A stretch of DNA of 64,000 bases from Vicinamibacteria bacterium (GTDB lineage Bacteria; Acidobacteriota; Vicinamibacteria; Marinacidobacterales; Marinacidobacteraceae): the NCBI GenBank assembly GCA_963555995.3, contig OY821641.1:3008001-3072000 (forward strand), in the 5' to 3' direction. This document shows, piece by piece, positions 37,113-46,280 of this stretch (positions within the stretch are counted from its first letter, which is position 1; each line of letters begins with the position of its first letter). The position numbers and the translations under genes are program-made. The notes beneath the pieces were generated by a model that was given only the letters and a program-made list of their open reading frames with translations, searched no databases and had not been told where the DNA came from.

Positions 37113-38734
37113 CGACCCGCAGACTGGTTGGCGCCGCCATCCTCTTCGCCCTGACCGCCGCTCCGGCGCTCGGCCAGGTGTCCTACTCGCGGCTCGTGAA
37201 CGCCGACGACGAACCGGAGGTCTGGCTCACCTATTCCGGCAACTACAAGTCGGAGCGGTTCAGCCGGCTCGACCAGATCAACAAGGACAACGTTTCGCGG
37301 CTGCGTCCGGCGTGGATCTACCAGACCGGCACCGTCGGCCGGGTCGAGGTGACGCCGCTGGTCGCGGACGGGGTCATGTACATCGCCGAGCCGCCGAGCA
37401 CCATCGCCGCGCTCGACGCCCACACCGGCCGGCGCCTCTGGCGCTACGACCCGATCGTCCCCGACGAAACGCTCAACATCGGCTTCCCGCGCACCAACCG
37501 CGGGATCGCCATCCTGGGCGACACCCTGTTCTTCGGGACGCTCGACGCCCGCCTGATCGCGCTTGACCGGACGCAGGGCGACGTCCGTTGGGTCACGCAG
37601 ATCGCCGACAACGCGGTCGGCTACGCCGTCACCGCGGCGCCGCTCGCGGTGGACGGCAAGGTCATCGTCGGGATCAGCGGCGGCGAGGCCGGGGTGCGCG
37701 GGTTCCTGGACGCCTACGACGCCGAGACCGGGGAACTCGCCTGGCGCTGGTGGTCCGTTCCCGCCGAGGGGGAACCGGGCAACGACACCTGGGGCGGCGA
37801 CAGCTGGAAGACCGGAGGGGGGGCCACCTGGTTGACCGGCTCCTACGACCCCGACCTCGGACTCGTCTACTGGCCGATCGGGAACCCGGCCCCGGACTGG
37901 AACGGCGACTCCCGGCCCGGGGACAACCTCTACACGGACTCGCTGGTCGCGCTCGACGTGAACACCGGCGAGATGCAGTGGTACTTCCAGTACACCCCGC
38001 ACGACGTCCACGACTGGGACGCCAACCAGATCCCCGTGCTGGTGGACGCCGAGTGGGAAGGCGCGACGCGGAAGCTCGTCATCCACGCCAACCGCAACGC
38101 CTTCTACTACGTGCTCGACCGCGAGACGGGACAGTTCCTGCGGGCCACCCAGTACGCGACCCAGACCTGGGCGGAGCGGATTGACGAGAACGGCCGGCCG
38201 GTGCGCGTTCCCAACATGGAGCCAAGCGAGGAGGGCACGCTGGTGTGGCCGAGCCTCGCCGGCTCGACGAACTGGTACAGCCCCGCCTACGACCCGGACC
38301 GGATGTCGCTCTTCGTGCCGACCCGCGAGATGTCGTCCATCTACTTCAAGAGCGAGGCCGAGTACGAGCCGGGCACGCCCTTCCTCGGGGGCGGCGAGCG
38401 GCGGCCCGACGCCGACGAGACCTACGGCGCGGTCCGCGCCCTCGACGCCCTGACCGGAGAACTGAAGTGGGAGTTCCGGCAGCTCACGCCCGCGGTATCC
38501 GGGGTGCTCGCCACCGCCGGCGGGGTGGTGGTCTCCGGGACGCAGGAGGGCAACCTCTTCGCGCTCGACGCCGACACGGGGGAGGCGCTCTGGGACTTCT
38601 ACGTGGGTGGCGGTGTCCGGGCGGCCCCGATGAGCTTCGCGCTGGAGGGAACGCAGTACATCTCGGTCGCGGCCGGCCAGTCCATCTTCACCTTCGCGGT
38701 GGCGCCGGACGCGGACGCCGGGGGGAACGACTGA
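37109..38734 (+). CDS. PQQ-dependent dehydrogenase, methanol/ethanol family-like
   Basis: Signal peptide, WLTYSGNY...S.LDQIN, GVRGFLDAYD, GGGATW, GNPAP, PGDNLYT and TPHDVHDWD. Confidence 0.9.
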   Translation: MTTRRLVGAAILFALTAAPALGQVSYSRLVNADDEPEVWLTYSGNYKSERFSRLDQINKDNVSRLRPAWIYQTGTVGRVEVTPLVADGVMYIAEPPSTIAALDAHTGRRLWRYDPIVPDETLNIGFPRTNRGIAILGDTLFFGTLDARLIALDRTQGDVRWVTQIADNAVGYAVTAAPLAVDGKVIVGISGGEAGVRGFLDAYDAETGELAWRWWSVPAEGEPGNDTWGGDSWKTGGGATWLTGSYDPDLGLVYWPIGNPAPDWNGDSRPGDNLYTDSLVALDVNTGEMQWYFQYTPHDVHDWDANQIPVLVDAEWEGATRKLVIHANRNAFYYVLDRETGQFLRATQYATQTWAERIDENGRPVRVPNMEPSEEGTLVWPSLAGSTNWYSPAYDPDRMSLFVPTREMSSIYFKSEAEYEPGTPFLGGGERRPDADETYGAVRALDALTGELKWEFRQLTPAVSGVLATAGGVVVSGTQEGNLFALDADTGEALWDFYVGGGVRAAPMSFALEGTQYISVAAGQSIFTFAVAPDADAGGND

Positions 38735-39792
38735 TGCGGCGGGCCGCGATGCTTCCCGCAGCGCTGCTGGGGATGTTCGCGGCCGGCTGCGGAGGGACCG
38801 GAGAGCCGGAGCCGGCCCCCGAGTCCGTTCCACCTGACCCGGCCGCCGGTCCGCTGCTGCTCGTCACGAACGAGGACGCCGGCACCCTGAGCGTCGTCGC
38901 CACCACCACCCACGAGGTGCTGGCCGAGATCGAGGTCGGCCGCCGGCCCCGCGGCGTGCGCGCGTCCCCGGACGGCGGCATGGCCTACGTGGCGGTCTCC
39001 GGATCGCCCAAGTGCCCGCCGTGGATGGAGGAAGAGGGCTGCGCCGAGCCCGACAAGCGGTTCGACGGCATCGCCGAGGTGGACCTCCGCCAGCAGGTCC
39101 GCACCCGGATGCTCCCCGGCGGCTCCGACCCCGAGAGCTTCGACATCACCCCCGACGGCGCCCGGATCGTGGTCTCCAACGAGGACACCGACGAGGCGAG
39201 CCTCGTGGACCTGGAATCGGGCGAAATCTTCCGCACCGTCCCGGTGGGCGTCGAACCGGAGGGCGTGCGGATCAGCCCCGACGGCACCCTCGCCTACGTG
39301 ACCGGCGAGACCGACCACGACGTGACCGTGCTGGACACGTCCACCGGCGACGAGATCACCCGCATCACGGTCGGCCACCGCCCCCGCGACCTGGTCTTCA
39401 CCCCCGACGGAACCTACGCCTACGTCTCCGCCGAGATCTCCGGCACGGTCTCCGAGATCGTGGTCGCCGAGAACCGGGTCAGCCGCACCATCCCGCTCCC
39501 CGAAGGCTCCCGCAGCATGGGCGTCGCCCTCTCCCCGGACGCCTCGACGCTCTACGTGGCGAACGGCCGCTCCAAGACGGTCTCGGTGATTGACCTCGCT
39601 TCCGGCGAAGTCACCGCCAACGTCGAGGTCGGCGAACGCCCCTGGGGCCTCGCCCTCTCCTTCGACGGCGCCCACCTCTACACCGCCAACGGCCCCTCCA
39701 ACGACATCACGGTCCTCGACACCACCACCCTGGAGATCATCACCCGCATCGAGGTCGGCGCCGGCCCCTGGGGCCTCGCCCTCGTCCCCTGA
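38734..39792 (+). CDS. YVTN-type beta-propeller lipoprotein
   Basis: Lipobox FAAGC and repeated VG..P.G...SPDG...YV motifs; TGATG coupling to the dehydrogenase gene. Confidence 0.85.
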   Translation: MRRAAMLPAALLGMFAAGCGGTGEPEPAPESVPPDPAAGPLLLVTNEDAGTLSVVATTTHEVLAEIEVGRRPRGVRASPDGGMAYVAVSGSPKCPPWMEEEGCAEPDKRFDGIAEVDLRQQVRTRMLPGGSDPESFDITPDGARIVVSNEDTDEASLVDLESGEIFRTVPVGVEPEGVRISPDGTLAYVTGETDHDVTVLDTSTGDEITRITVGHRPRDLVFTPDGTYAYVSAEISGTVSEIVVAENRVSRTIPLPEGSRSMGVALSPDASTLYVANGRSKTVSVIDLASGEVTANVEVGERPWGLALSFDGAHLYTANGPSNDITVLDTTTLEIITRIEVGAGPWGLALVP

Positions 39793-39813
39793 CGCTGACC
39801 CCGGTGGCCGGTA

Positions 39814-39878
39814 CGGCTTGGAACGCCGGTCTCCAGACCGGCACGCGCGGTGCTCCGCACCGCGCACGGCGCCACCCC
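39814..39878. repeat. REP/BIME-like unit
   Basis: CGGCTTGGAACGCCGGTCTCCAGACCGGCACGCGCGGTGCTCCGCACCGCGCAC is the reverse complement of the 54-kb unit. Confidence 0.75.
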
Positions 39879-39987
39879 ATGCGCAGGGGCGTTTCGCCCG
39901 GTGGGAGTCTCGGTGCGCGCGCAGTTCCACCGCAGGCTGTTAGCGTTCGGCCGCAGGGGGTTCCGGCCCTTGCCAAGGAGGTCCTTC

Positions 39988-40626
39988 ATGTCCGACAACC
40001 GCGCTCCGTCTCACGTGCGCCACCCCGTCCCGCTCGTCGTCCTTGTCACGGTCGGGCTGCTGGCCAGCGGGTGCGACGACGGCGATTCGCCGACCACTCC
40101 GGCGCCTGCGCCTGCGCCCGCCCCCGCACCGGCCCCGCCGCCACCGCCCGAGCCGGCGACCGTCCAGATGTACCTGCTCACCGAGACCGGAAACGGGGAG
40201 CCGGTGGGCACGGTGGAGATCGCAGACAGCGATGACGGCGCCGTCTTCACTCCCGACCTCGCCGGACTGACGCCCGGCGACCACGGCTTCCACGTCCACC
40301 AGAACGGCGACTGTGGTCCGTCCACGAAGGACGACGGGGCGGTGGTTCCCGGCGGCGCCGCCGGCGGCCACTACGACCCGGAAGAGACGGGGGTCCATCT
40401 CGGGCCGGACGGGAACGGGCATCTCGGCGATCTGCCGGTACTGGCCGCGGCGGAAGACGGGACCGCGACCACGGCGGTCACCGCGCCGCGAATTAGCGAT
40501 CGTTCGGAGATCGCCGGACTCGCGCTGATGATCCACGCCGGTGGTGACAACTATTCCGACGATCCCGCCCCGCTTGGCGGCGGCGGCGCCCGGTTCGCCT
40601 GCGGCGTCATCGAGCCCGCCGGCTGA
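39988..40626 (+). CDS. sodC: Cu/Zn superoxide dismutase lipoprotein
   Basis: HGFHVH, AGGHYDP, HLGDLP, IHAGGDN and RFACG; lipobox LASGC; AAGGAGG RBS. Confidence 0.93.
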   Translation: MSDNRAPSHVRHPVPLVVLVTVGLLASGCDDGDSPTTPAPAPAPAPAPAPPPPPEPATVQMYLLTETGNGEPVGTVEIADSDDGAVFTPDLAGLTPGDHGFHVHQNGDCGPSTKDDGAVVPGGAAGGHYDPEETGVHLGPDGNGHLGDLPVLAAAEDGTATTAVTAPRISDRSEIAGLALMIHAGGDNYSDDPAPLGGGGARFACGVIEPAG

Positions 40627-40671
40627 TTCCGGGTCCGGAGCGGCTGACGCGGCGACGCCGCCAAGCCCTCG

Positions 40672-41862
40672 TCAGCCAGCCGGACGGGGCGTCCGGCGCG
40701 CGAGCAACTCCGCCGCCAGTTCGCGGAGGCCGATGGCCTCGACCTCATCGGACACCGGATAACGATCCGGGCCGGTACCCACCAAAAAGCACCTGTCCGG
40801 TGCCAATGCCTCCCGCGCCAAGTGGAAGCCCTTCGTCGTCCGGGGGACCCGGCTCCACTTGATCTCCACGGCCCAGCGCTCGCCGCTCGGGAAGTCGAGC
40901 ACCAGGTCCATCTCGGCGCCGGCGGCGGTGCGGAAGAAACTCGCCTGGGTCCGGTCGGGGGCTGCCGCGAGCAGGTTCTCGATCACGAAGCCCTCCCAGG
41001 AAGCCCCGACCACCGCGTGTCCGGCAAGAGTGTCGAACGACGCCAGATCGAGGAGGGCGTGCAGGAAGCCGCTGTCCCGGAGGTAGATCTTCGGAGACTT
41101 GACCAGGCGCTTTCCGATGTTGACGTGGACCGGCGGCAACCTGCGGACGAGCAGAAGGTCGCTGAGCACCGACAGATAGCGGTTGACGGTGCGGACAGCG
41201 ATGTCGAGCGAGCCGGCGAAACGTGAGGCGTTCAGGAGAGCGCCCTGCGTGTGGGCGAGCATCGTCCAGAGCCGGCCCAGTGTTTCGGCGGGGATCCGCG
41301 GGTTCATCCACGCCAGTTCCCGCTCCAGGTAGGTGCGGATGAAATCGCGCCGGCGGCCGAAACTCACCTCGTCGGTAGGAGCGAGAAAGGACTCCGGATA
41401 CCCGCCGCGGAGGAACAGGGCGTCCCGTGACCCGGCGTCATCGGGAATCTCCAATACGTCCAGTGGAAGGAGGTCCCGATAGGCGATCCTCCCCGCCAGC
41501 GTCTCGCCGGTCTCCCGCAGCACATCGAGGGACGCGGAGCCGAGGATCAGGAACCGTCCGGATCGCCGTCCCCGGCTCCGTCCCCGGTCAATGGCTCCGC
41601 GCAGCGAGAGCAACAGTTCGGGAAACCGGTGGATCTCGTCGAGGATGACGAGGCGGTCTTCGTACCGGTCGAAGAGGGCCTGGGCCTGTTGCAGCTTGTC
41701 GCGGTCATCCGGATCCTCAAGGTCGAAGTACACCGCGTTCAATTCGCTGCCGATCGCCTGCGCGAGGGTGGTCTTGCCCACTTGGCGCGGGCCGAGGAGC
41801 GCGACGGCCGGTTGCCAGCGCAGCGCCTCGCGCACGTCAATCGCGACTCGGCGGGCGATCAT
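40672..41862 (-). CDS. AAA+ ATPase with C-terminal DUF4143-like PD-(D/E)xK domain
   Basis: GPRQVGKTT, ILDEIH, ILGS, GGYP, KSPKIY.RDSG and EMDLV...AVEIK. Confidence 0.88.
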   Translation of the reverse strand: MIARRVAIDVREALRWQPAVALLGPRQVGKTTLAQAIGSELNAVYFDLEDPDDRDKLQQAQALFDRYEDRLVILDEIHRFPELLLSLRGAIDRGRSRGRRSGRFLILGSASLDVLRETGETLAGRIAYRDLLPLDVLEIPDDAGSRDALFLRGGYPESFLAPTDEVSFGRRRDFIRTYLERELAWMNPRIPAETLGRLWTMLAHTQGALLNASRFAGSLDIAVRTVNRYLSVLSDLLLVRRLPPVHVNIGKRLVKSPKIYLRDSGFLHALLDLASFDTLAGHAVVGASWEGFVIENLLAAAPDRTQASFFRTAAGAEMDLVLDFPSGERWAVEIKWSRVPRTTKGFHLAREALAPDRCFLVGTGPDRYPVSDEVEAIGLRELAAELLARRTPRPAG

Positions 41863-41863
41863 T

Positions 41864-41898
41864 CTTGTATTTTGTGCCGTACAGAACAAATATACAAG
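41864..41898. promoter_or_regulatory. AT-rich inverted repeat at a gene start (putative operator/promoter)
   Basis: CTTGTATTTTGT...ACAAATATACAAG directly abuts the ATG of the ATPase gene. Confidence 0.45.
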
Positions 41899-42052
41899 GA
41901 CAAACATGGCATCATCCGTATTCTGGTGACGAAATACGGAGCCCGATCTGCGTCGCAGACACACAAGCAGAAGACCCGGCAACCCGGAACGCCCGAGAAT
42001 TGCGCTCCGCGTTGTTCCTGCGTTATGTTCCTACGTGCGGGGACCACAAACC

Positions 42053-42418
42053 ATGAAAGCAGTCAGCGTTCGAGAACTCAAGAACAACCCTTCGGAGGCC
42101 CTTCGGGAGGCTCGAAAGGAACCGGTGTTGGTACTCAAGCGCAACCATCCGGAAGCGTTGATCGTCCACCTAAGCGATGACTCGCTGCTGGCCAAAGCGG
42201 GCATCCGGGAAGCCATCGCGACCGCGCTCTTCCGGAGCCGCAGCGTGTCTCTCGGCCGGGCGGCGGAAATCTCGGGCCTGCCGATTGCGGAATTCATGCA
42301 ACATGTCTCCCGTCTGGGGATTCCGATCGTGGACGGTGACGCCGCGAGCCTGCGCGAGGAACTGGAAGCGTTCGCCGAGTGGAGCGCACGCTCGTCATTG
42401 CCGACGCCAGTCCGCTGA
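42053..42418 (+). CDS. Phd/YefM-like plus UPF0175-like antitoxin
   Basis: MKAVSVRELKNNPSEALR (Phd-like) and VSLGRAAEISGL..EFMQHV (UPF0175-like HTH). Confidence 0.8.
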   Translation: MKAVSVRELKNNPSEALREARKEPVLVLKRNHPEALIVHLSDDSLLAKAGIREAIATALFRSRSVSLGRAAEISGLPIAEFMQHVSRLGIPIVDGDAASLREELEAFAEWSARSSLPTPVR

Positions 42419-42885
42419 TCGGGCTGGCGTCGGCTGGCGCATTCGATCTGCTTCGCCGGCTGTTCGGCCAAATCACGGTCACCGCTGTCGTCCGGGACGA
42501 AGTTTGCGCCGGCGGCAGCCGCCGGGGAGCGGCCGAAATGAGAGCCGCGATTGACGCTGGTTGGATCCTGGTGGAGCCAATCAGTGTGGAGGACCCGCCA
42601 ATCGGGAGGGCGGATCGCGGCGAGGCAAGTGTCCTCGCCCTTGCGCGGGATCGCGAGGAGTGGTCCCTATTGCTGATGGACGACTCCACCGGTAGAGCGC
42701 ACGCGCGAAGTTCGGGTATCGCCGTGATGGGCGTCGTGGGGATCCTGCTGACCGCAAAGCGCGAAGGCTTGGTGGCCAAGGTCGGTCCGTTGCTGCACCG
42801 CCTCAGAGACGGCGGATTCCGGCTGTCGGACCGGGTGCTGGACGCCGCACTCGCGGAGGCCGGCGAGGCCGATAGGGAACTCTGA
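42379..42885 (+). CDS. PIN-domain toxin (DUF3368-like)
   Basis: VIADASPLI, DRGEASVLALA, LLMDD and GFRLS; overlaps the antitoxin gene. Confidence 0.85.
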   Translation: MERTLVIADASPLIGLASAGAFDLLRRLFGQITVTAVVRDEVCAGGSRRGAAEMRAAIDAGWILVEPISVEDPPIGRADRGEASVLALARDREEWSLLLMDDSTGRAHARSSGIAVMGVVGILLTAKREGLVAKVGPLLHRLRDGGFRLSDRVLDAALAEAGEADREL

Positions 42886-42913
42886 GGCGACCGCGAAAAC
42901 GGGCGCTCCGGTC

Positions 42914-44299
42914 CTACCGCAGGGCCGTGAGGACGGTTTCCGCGGTGATCTCGTGGGTGCCGGTCACCCGGGAACGCCGCGGGGCGGGCGCCGGAACGAA
43001 ACGGGCCTGGATCACCTCCGCGGTCCCCACGCCGGGCAGGTGGGCCGTTGCGGGCATTTCCGGAGACGCCGGCGACGGACCCTCCGTCCACTTGACCTCA
43101 CCCACCAGCAACCGGCTGCCGTCCACGGAGCGGGCCACCAGGTCCAGTTCGGGCTCGTTCCGCCGCCAGTAGCGCTGCGCAGGTTCCCACGGACCGAGCG
43201 CGCCCAGCGGGGCGTCGGTGCGGTGGAGGGTGGGAACGGCCAGCCGGCAGAGTTCCTCCCACGCCTGGGACGCGAGGGCGGTGCGGGCGCGTTTCCAGTA
43301 GTCGAGGCGCGTCTCCCGCGGAGCGGCGGCGAGCGCCGCGCGGTGGGGCGCGACCACGCGGAACCAGAGGCGCAGGAACGGGTCCTCGATCCGGTAGAGG
43401 CTGCGCTTGCCGGAACGCGGCGGGCTCCCGAAGGGGGTCTCGCGCCGCAGGAAACGCATCGCGCCGAGGGTGGCGAGCGGGCCGGACAGGCTCGACGCGG
43501 GCTTGCCCAGCCGTCCGGCGATCTCGCTCATCCGGTGCGCGCCCGCGCCGATCACGTCCAGCAGCGGCCGCAGCGTGGCGGCGGACGGGATCTCCGCGCG
43601 GAGCAGGCGGCCGGGCTCGTCGTGGAGCGGCCCGGCGGGGTCGAGCACGAGGAAGTCCACCGCCGCATCCAGATCGGTCCCGAACGGCTCGGCGAGTTCC
43701 CAGTACCGCGGCGTCCCACCCCAGAGCGCGTAGAGCGCCACCTGCTCGCGCGGGCTCGCGCCCGGGAAAGCGTCGCCCAGATAGCCCGGGCGGAGAGGCT
43801 GCACCGCGAACGCCTCCACCGCCCGACCGTAGAGCGGCGCGCCCGCGCCGAGGAGCGCGCCGTGCATCATCCGCCAGCTCGACCCGCTGACGACCAGCGA
43901 CGGGCGCGGTCCGGGGCGGTCGAGCCAGTTCTGGAGAACGCTCGCGAACGAGGGATCGGCGGCAAGGAGATAGGGCAGTTCGTCAAGGATGAACGGCCCC
44001 GGCCAGTTCGTGGCCGCGGCCTCGGCCCGCAACCGGTCCAGGAACGATCGCCAGTCCGGGTACTCGACGGACGCGAACTCCGGGAACCGCTGCGCCACCG
44101 CCTCGGCCAGGTACCGCCGCTGCACCGGCGCGGCCGAGAGGTCCGCGACCGTGTAGAGGCCGTCGTGGCGGGCTGACCATTCGAGCAGCAACCGGGACTT
44201 CCCGACCCGCCGGCGTCCCCAGATCGCCGTGAAACTGCCCGGCTGCCTCAAGACTCCGTCGAGGCGGTGGAGTTCGTCGGTGCGATCGAGGAAGCGCAT
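42914..44299 (-). CDS. Archaeal-type ATPase with HTH and DUF234-like C-terminus
   Basis: FLDRTDEL, GRRRVGKS, LDELPYL, SGS, GGTPRY, YRIEDPFLRLWFR and ELDLV..GEVKW. Confidence 0.85.
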   Translation of the reverse strand: MRFLDRTDELHRLDGVLRQPGSFTAIWGRRRVGKSRLLLEWSARHDGLYTVADLSAAPVQRRYLAEAVAQRFPEFASVEYPDWRSFLDRLRAEAAATNWPGPFILDELPYLLAADPSFASVLQNWLDRPGPRPSLVVSGSSWRMMHGALLGAGAPLYGRAVEAFAVQPLRPGYLGDAFPGASPREQVALYALWGGTPRYWELAEPFGTDLDAAVDFLVLDPAGPLHDEPGRLLRAEIPSAATLRPLLDVIGAGAHRMSEIAGRLGKPASSLSGPLATLGAMRFLRRETPFGSPPRSGKRSLYRIEDPFLRLWFRVVAPHRAALAAAPRETRLDYWKRARTALASQAWEELCRLAVPTLHRTDAPLGALGPWEPAQRYWRRNEPELDLVARSVDGSRLLVGEVKWTEGPSPASPEMPATAHLPGVGTAEVIQARFVPAPAPRRSRVTGTHEITAETVLTALR

Positions 44300-44300
44300 G

Positions 44301-44340
44301 GTTATTGTTTCTTACATTATATTTGACAATATAAATTAGA
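44301..44340 (-). promoter_or_regulatory. AT-rich promoter-like patch
   Basis: Minus-strand TATAAT (44321-44316) lies 16 nt upstream of the ATG at 44299; plus-strand TTGACA at 44323. Confidence 0.5.
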
Positions 44341-44379
44341 TCCACCACACACGGAACCCTGGTCAGGAGAATGGCGAAA

Positions 44380-44600
44380 CGGCTTGGAACGCCGGCTTCA
44401 GCCGGCACAGCCCGCCGCAGGCGGGCGGCGGGACGGACCTCATTCCCCGGGGTGGCTCGGCTGCGCGCGCCAATGCACGCGGGGTAGCAACGAACCGCCC
44501 GCGGCCCTGCGGGCCGCCGTGCCGGCTGAAGCCGGCGTTCCAAGCCGGTGGCGACATCACGGCTCGTTGGCTGACCCGCGGGACCCCGTTCTCGCAGTAA
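44380..44600. repeat. REPIN-like element
   Basis: CGGCTTGGAACGCCGGCTTCAGCCGGCAC...GTGCCGGCTGAAGCCGGCGTTCCAAGCCG; the interior and flank match the reverse complement of 63521-63690. Confidence 0.8.
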
Positions 44601-44686
44601 CGGTGCTGTCCGTGGAATCCGGGGTACGATCGCGCGCTTCCGGCGCCCCCGACGCCCCGAACCTCTCCAAGCTCCCGATCCAATCC

Positions 44687-46276
44687 TTGAACCGCTACGA
44701 CGACATCGTCATCGGGGGTGGGCACAACGGACTGATCGCCGCCGCCTACCTCGCGCGGGCGGGCCGGAACGTCCTGCTCGTCGAGAAGAACGAGCGGGTG
44801 GGCGGCGCGACCTACAGCGAAGAGATCCTGCCGGGCTTCACGGTCACGGTCTTCTCCTACGTGGTCAGCCTGCTGCGGCCGCAGATCATCGCCGACCTCG
44901 ACCTCGCCCGGCACGGCCTGCAACTCCAGGCGCTCGACGGCACCTTCACGCCGCTGCCGGACGGACGGGCGCTGACCCGCTGGCACGACCCCGCCAAGAC
45001 CCGCGAGTCGCTGCTCCAGTTCTCCCGCCGGGACGCGGACAACTACCCGCTCTTCGGGCTGCGGATGCACCAACTCGGCCGGGGGATCCGGAGGCTGCTC
45101 ACCATGACGCCCCCGCGGGTGGGCTCGGTGCGGCCAAGGGAACTCCGCGGCCTCGTGGAACTGGCCGCGCACTTCTCCGGCCTCGGAGACCAGCGCTTCC
45201 ACGAGCTGGCGCGGCTCATGACGGCAAGCGCCAGCGACTACCTCGAACGCTGGTTCGAGACCGACGCCCTCAAGGCCACCATGGCGGCGAGCGGCATCGT
45301 CGGCACCTTCCTGAGCATCTCCTCGCCCGGGACCGCCTACGTGCTCCTCCACCACTACATGGGCGAGATTGACGGCGCCTCGCGGTCGTGGGGCTTCCAG
45401 CGCGGCGGGATGGGCGCGGTCGCCGAGACGCTCGCGAACGCGGCCCGGAGCTTCGGCGCCGAGATCCGCACGAACGCCGGCGTCGAGCGCATCCTGACGA
45501 GCGGCGGGCGGGCCGCCGGGGTGGTCCTCGAGGGCGGCGAGGAGGTCTTCGCCGGCCAGGTCGCATCGAGCGTGGATCCCCGCCGCACCTTCCTCGGGAT
45601 GCTGGATGCCGATGAGCTGCCCGGCGAGTTCGTGGAGGCGATCCGGCGCTACCGGTTCCAGGGCTCCTCCGGCAAGGTGAACCTGGCCCTCGACGCCCTG
45701 CCCGACTTCACGGCAATGCCCGGCCCCGGGCCGCATCTCCGGGGCGCCATTTCGATCAGTCCCGACAGCCCCACCCTCGAACGCGCCTACGACGACGCCA
45801 AGTACGGGTGCTTCTCCCGGCGCCCCTTCCTCGACGTGATGATCCCGTCGCTCATTGATCCCGGCATGGCGCCCCCGGGGAAGCACGTCATGTCCATCTT
45901 CGTGCAGTACGCGCCCTACCACCTGAACGGCGAGGGCGGCGACTGGGACGCCCAACGCGACGCCTTCGGGGACGCCGTGATCCGGACGCTGGCCGAGTAC
46001 GCCCCGAACCTGCCGGACATCATCCTCGAGCGTCAGGTGCTGACCCCGCTGGACATCGAGCGGCGCACCGGGCTGACCGAGGGCAACATCTTCCAGGGCG
46101 AGCTCGGTCTCGACCAGCTCTTCTTCCTGCGGCCGGCGGCCGGCTGGGCCCAGTTCCACACCCCCATCCGCGGGCTCTTCCAGTGCGGCTCCGGCGTCCA
46201 TCCGGGCGGCGGGGTGATGGGCGCGCCCGGCAAGCTGGGGGCGGAAGCGATGCTCCGCGCCGCGGGCGCGGCCTGA
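44687..46276 (+). CDS. Phytoene dehydrogenase-family (PYROXD2-like) FAD oxidoreductase
   Basis: YDDIVIGGGHNGL, YVVSLLRP, GTAYVLLHH, GNIFQG and HPGGGVMGAPG; likely TTG start. Confidence 0.9.
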   Translation: MNRYDDIVIGGGHNGLIAAAYLARAGRNVLLVEKNERVGGATYSEEILPGFTVTVFSYVVSLLRPQIIADLDLARHGLQLQALDGTFTPLPDGRALTRWHDPAKTRESLLQFSRRDADNYPLFGLRMHQLGRGIRRLLTMTPPRVGSVRPRELRGLVELAAHFSGLGDQRFHELARLMTASASDYLERWFETDALKATMAASGIVGTFLSISSPGTAYVLLHHYMGEIDGASRSWGFQRGGMGAVAETLANAARSFGAEIRTNAGVERILTSGGRAAGVVLEGGEEVFAGQVASSVDPRRTFLGMLDADELPGEFVEAIRRYRFQGSSGKVNLALDALPDFTAMPGPGPHLRGAISISPDSPTLERAYDDAKYGCFSRRPFLDVMIPSLIDPGMAPPGKHVMSIFVQYAPYHLNGEGGDWDAQRDAFGDAVIRTLAEYAPNLPDIILERQVLTPLDIERRTGLTEGNIFQGELGLDQLFFLRPAAGWAQFHTPIRGLFQCGSGVHPGGGVMGAPGKLGAEAMLRAAGAA

Positions 46277-46280
46277 TCCG

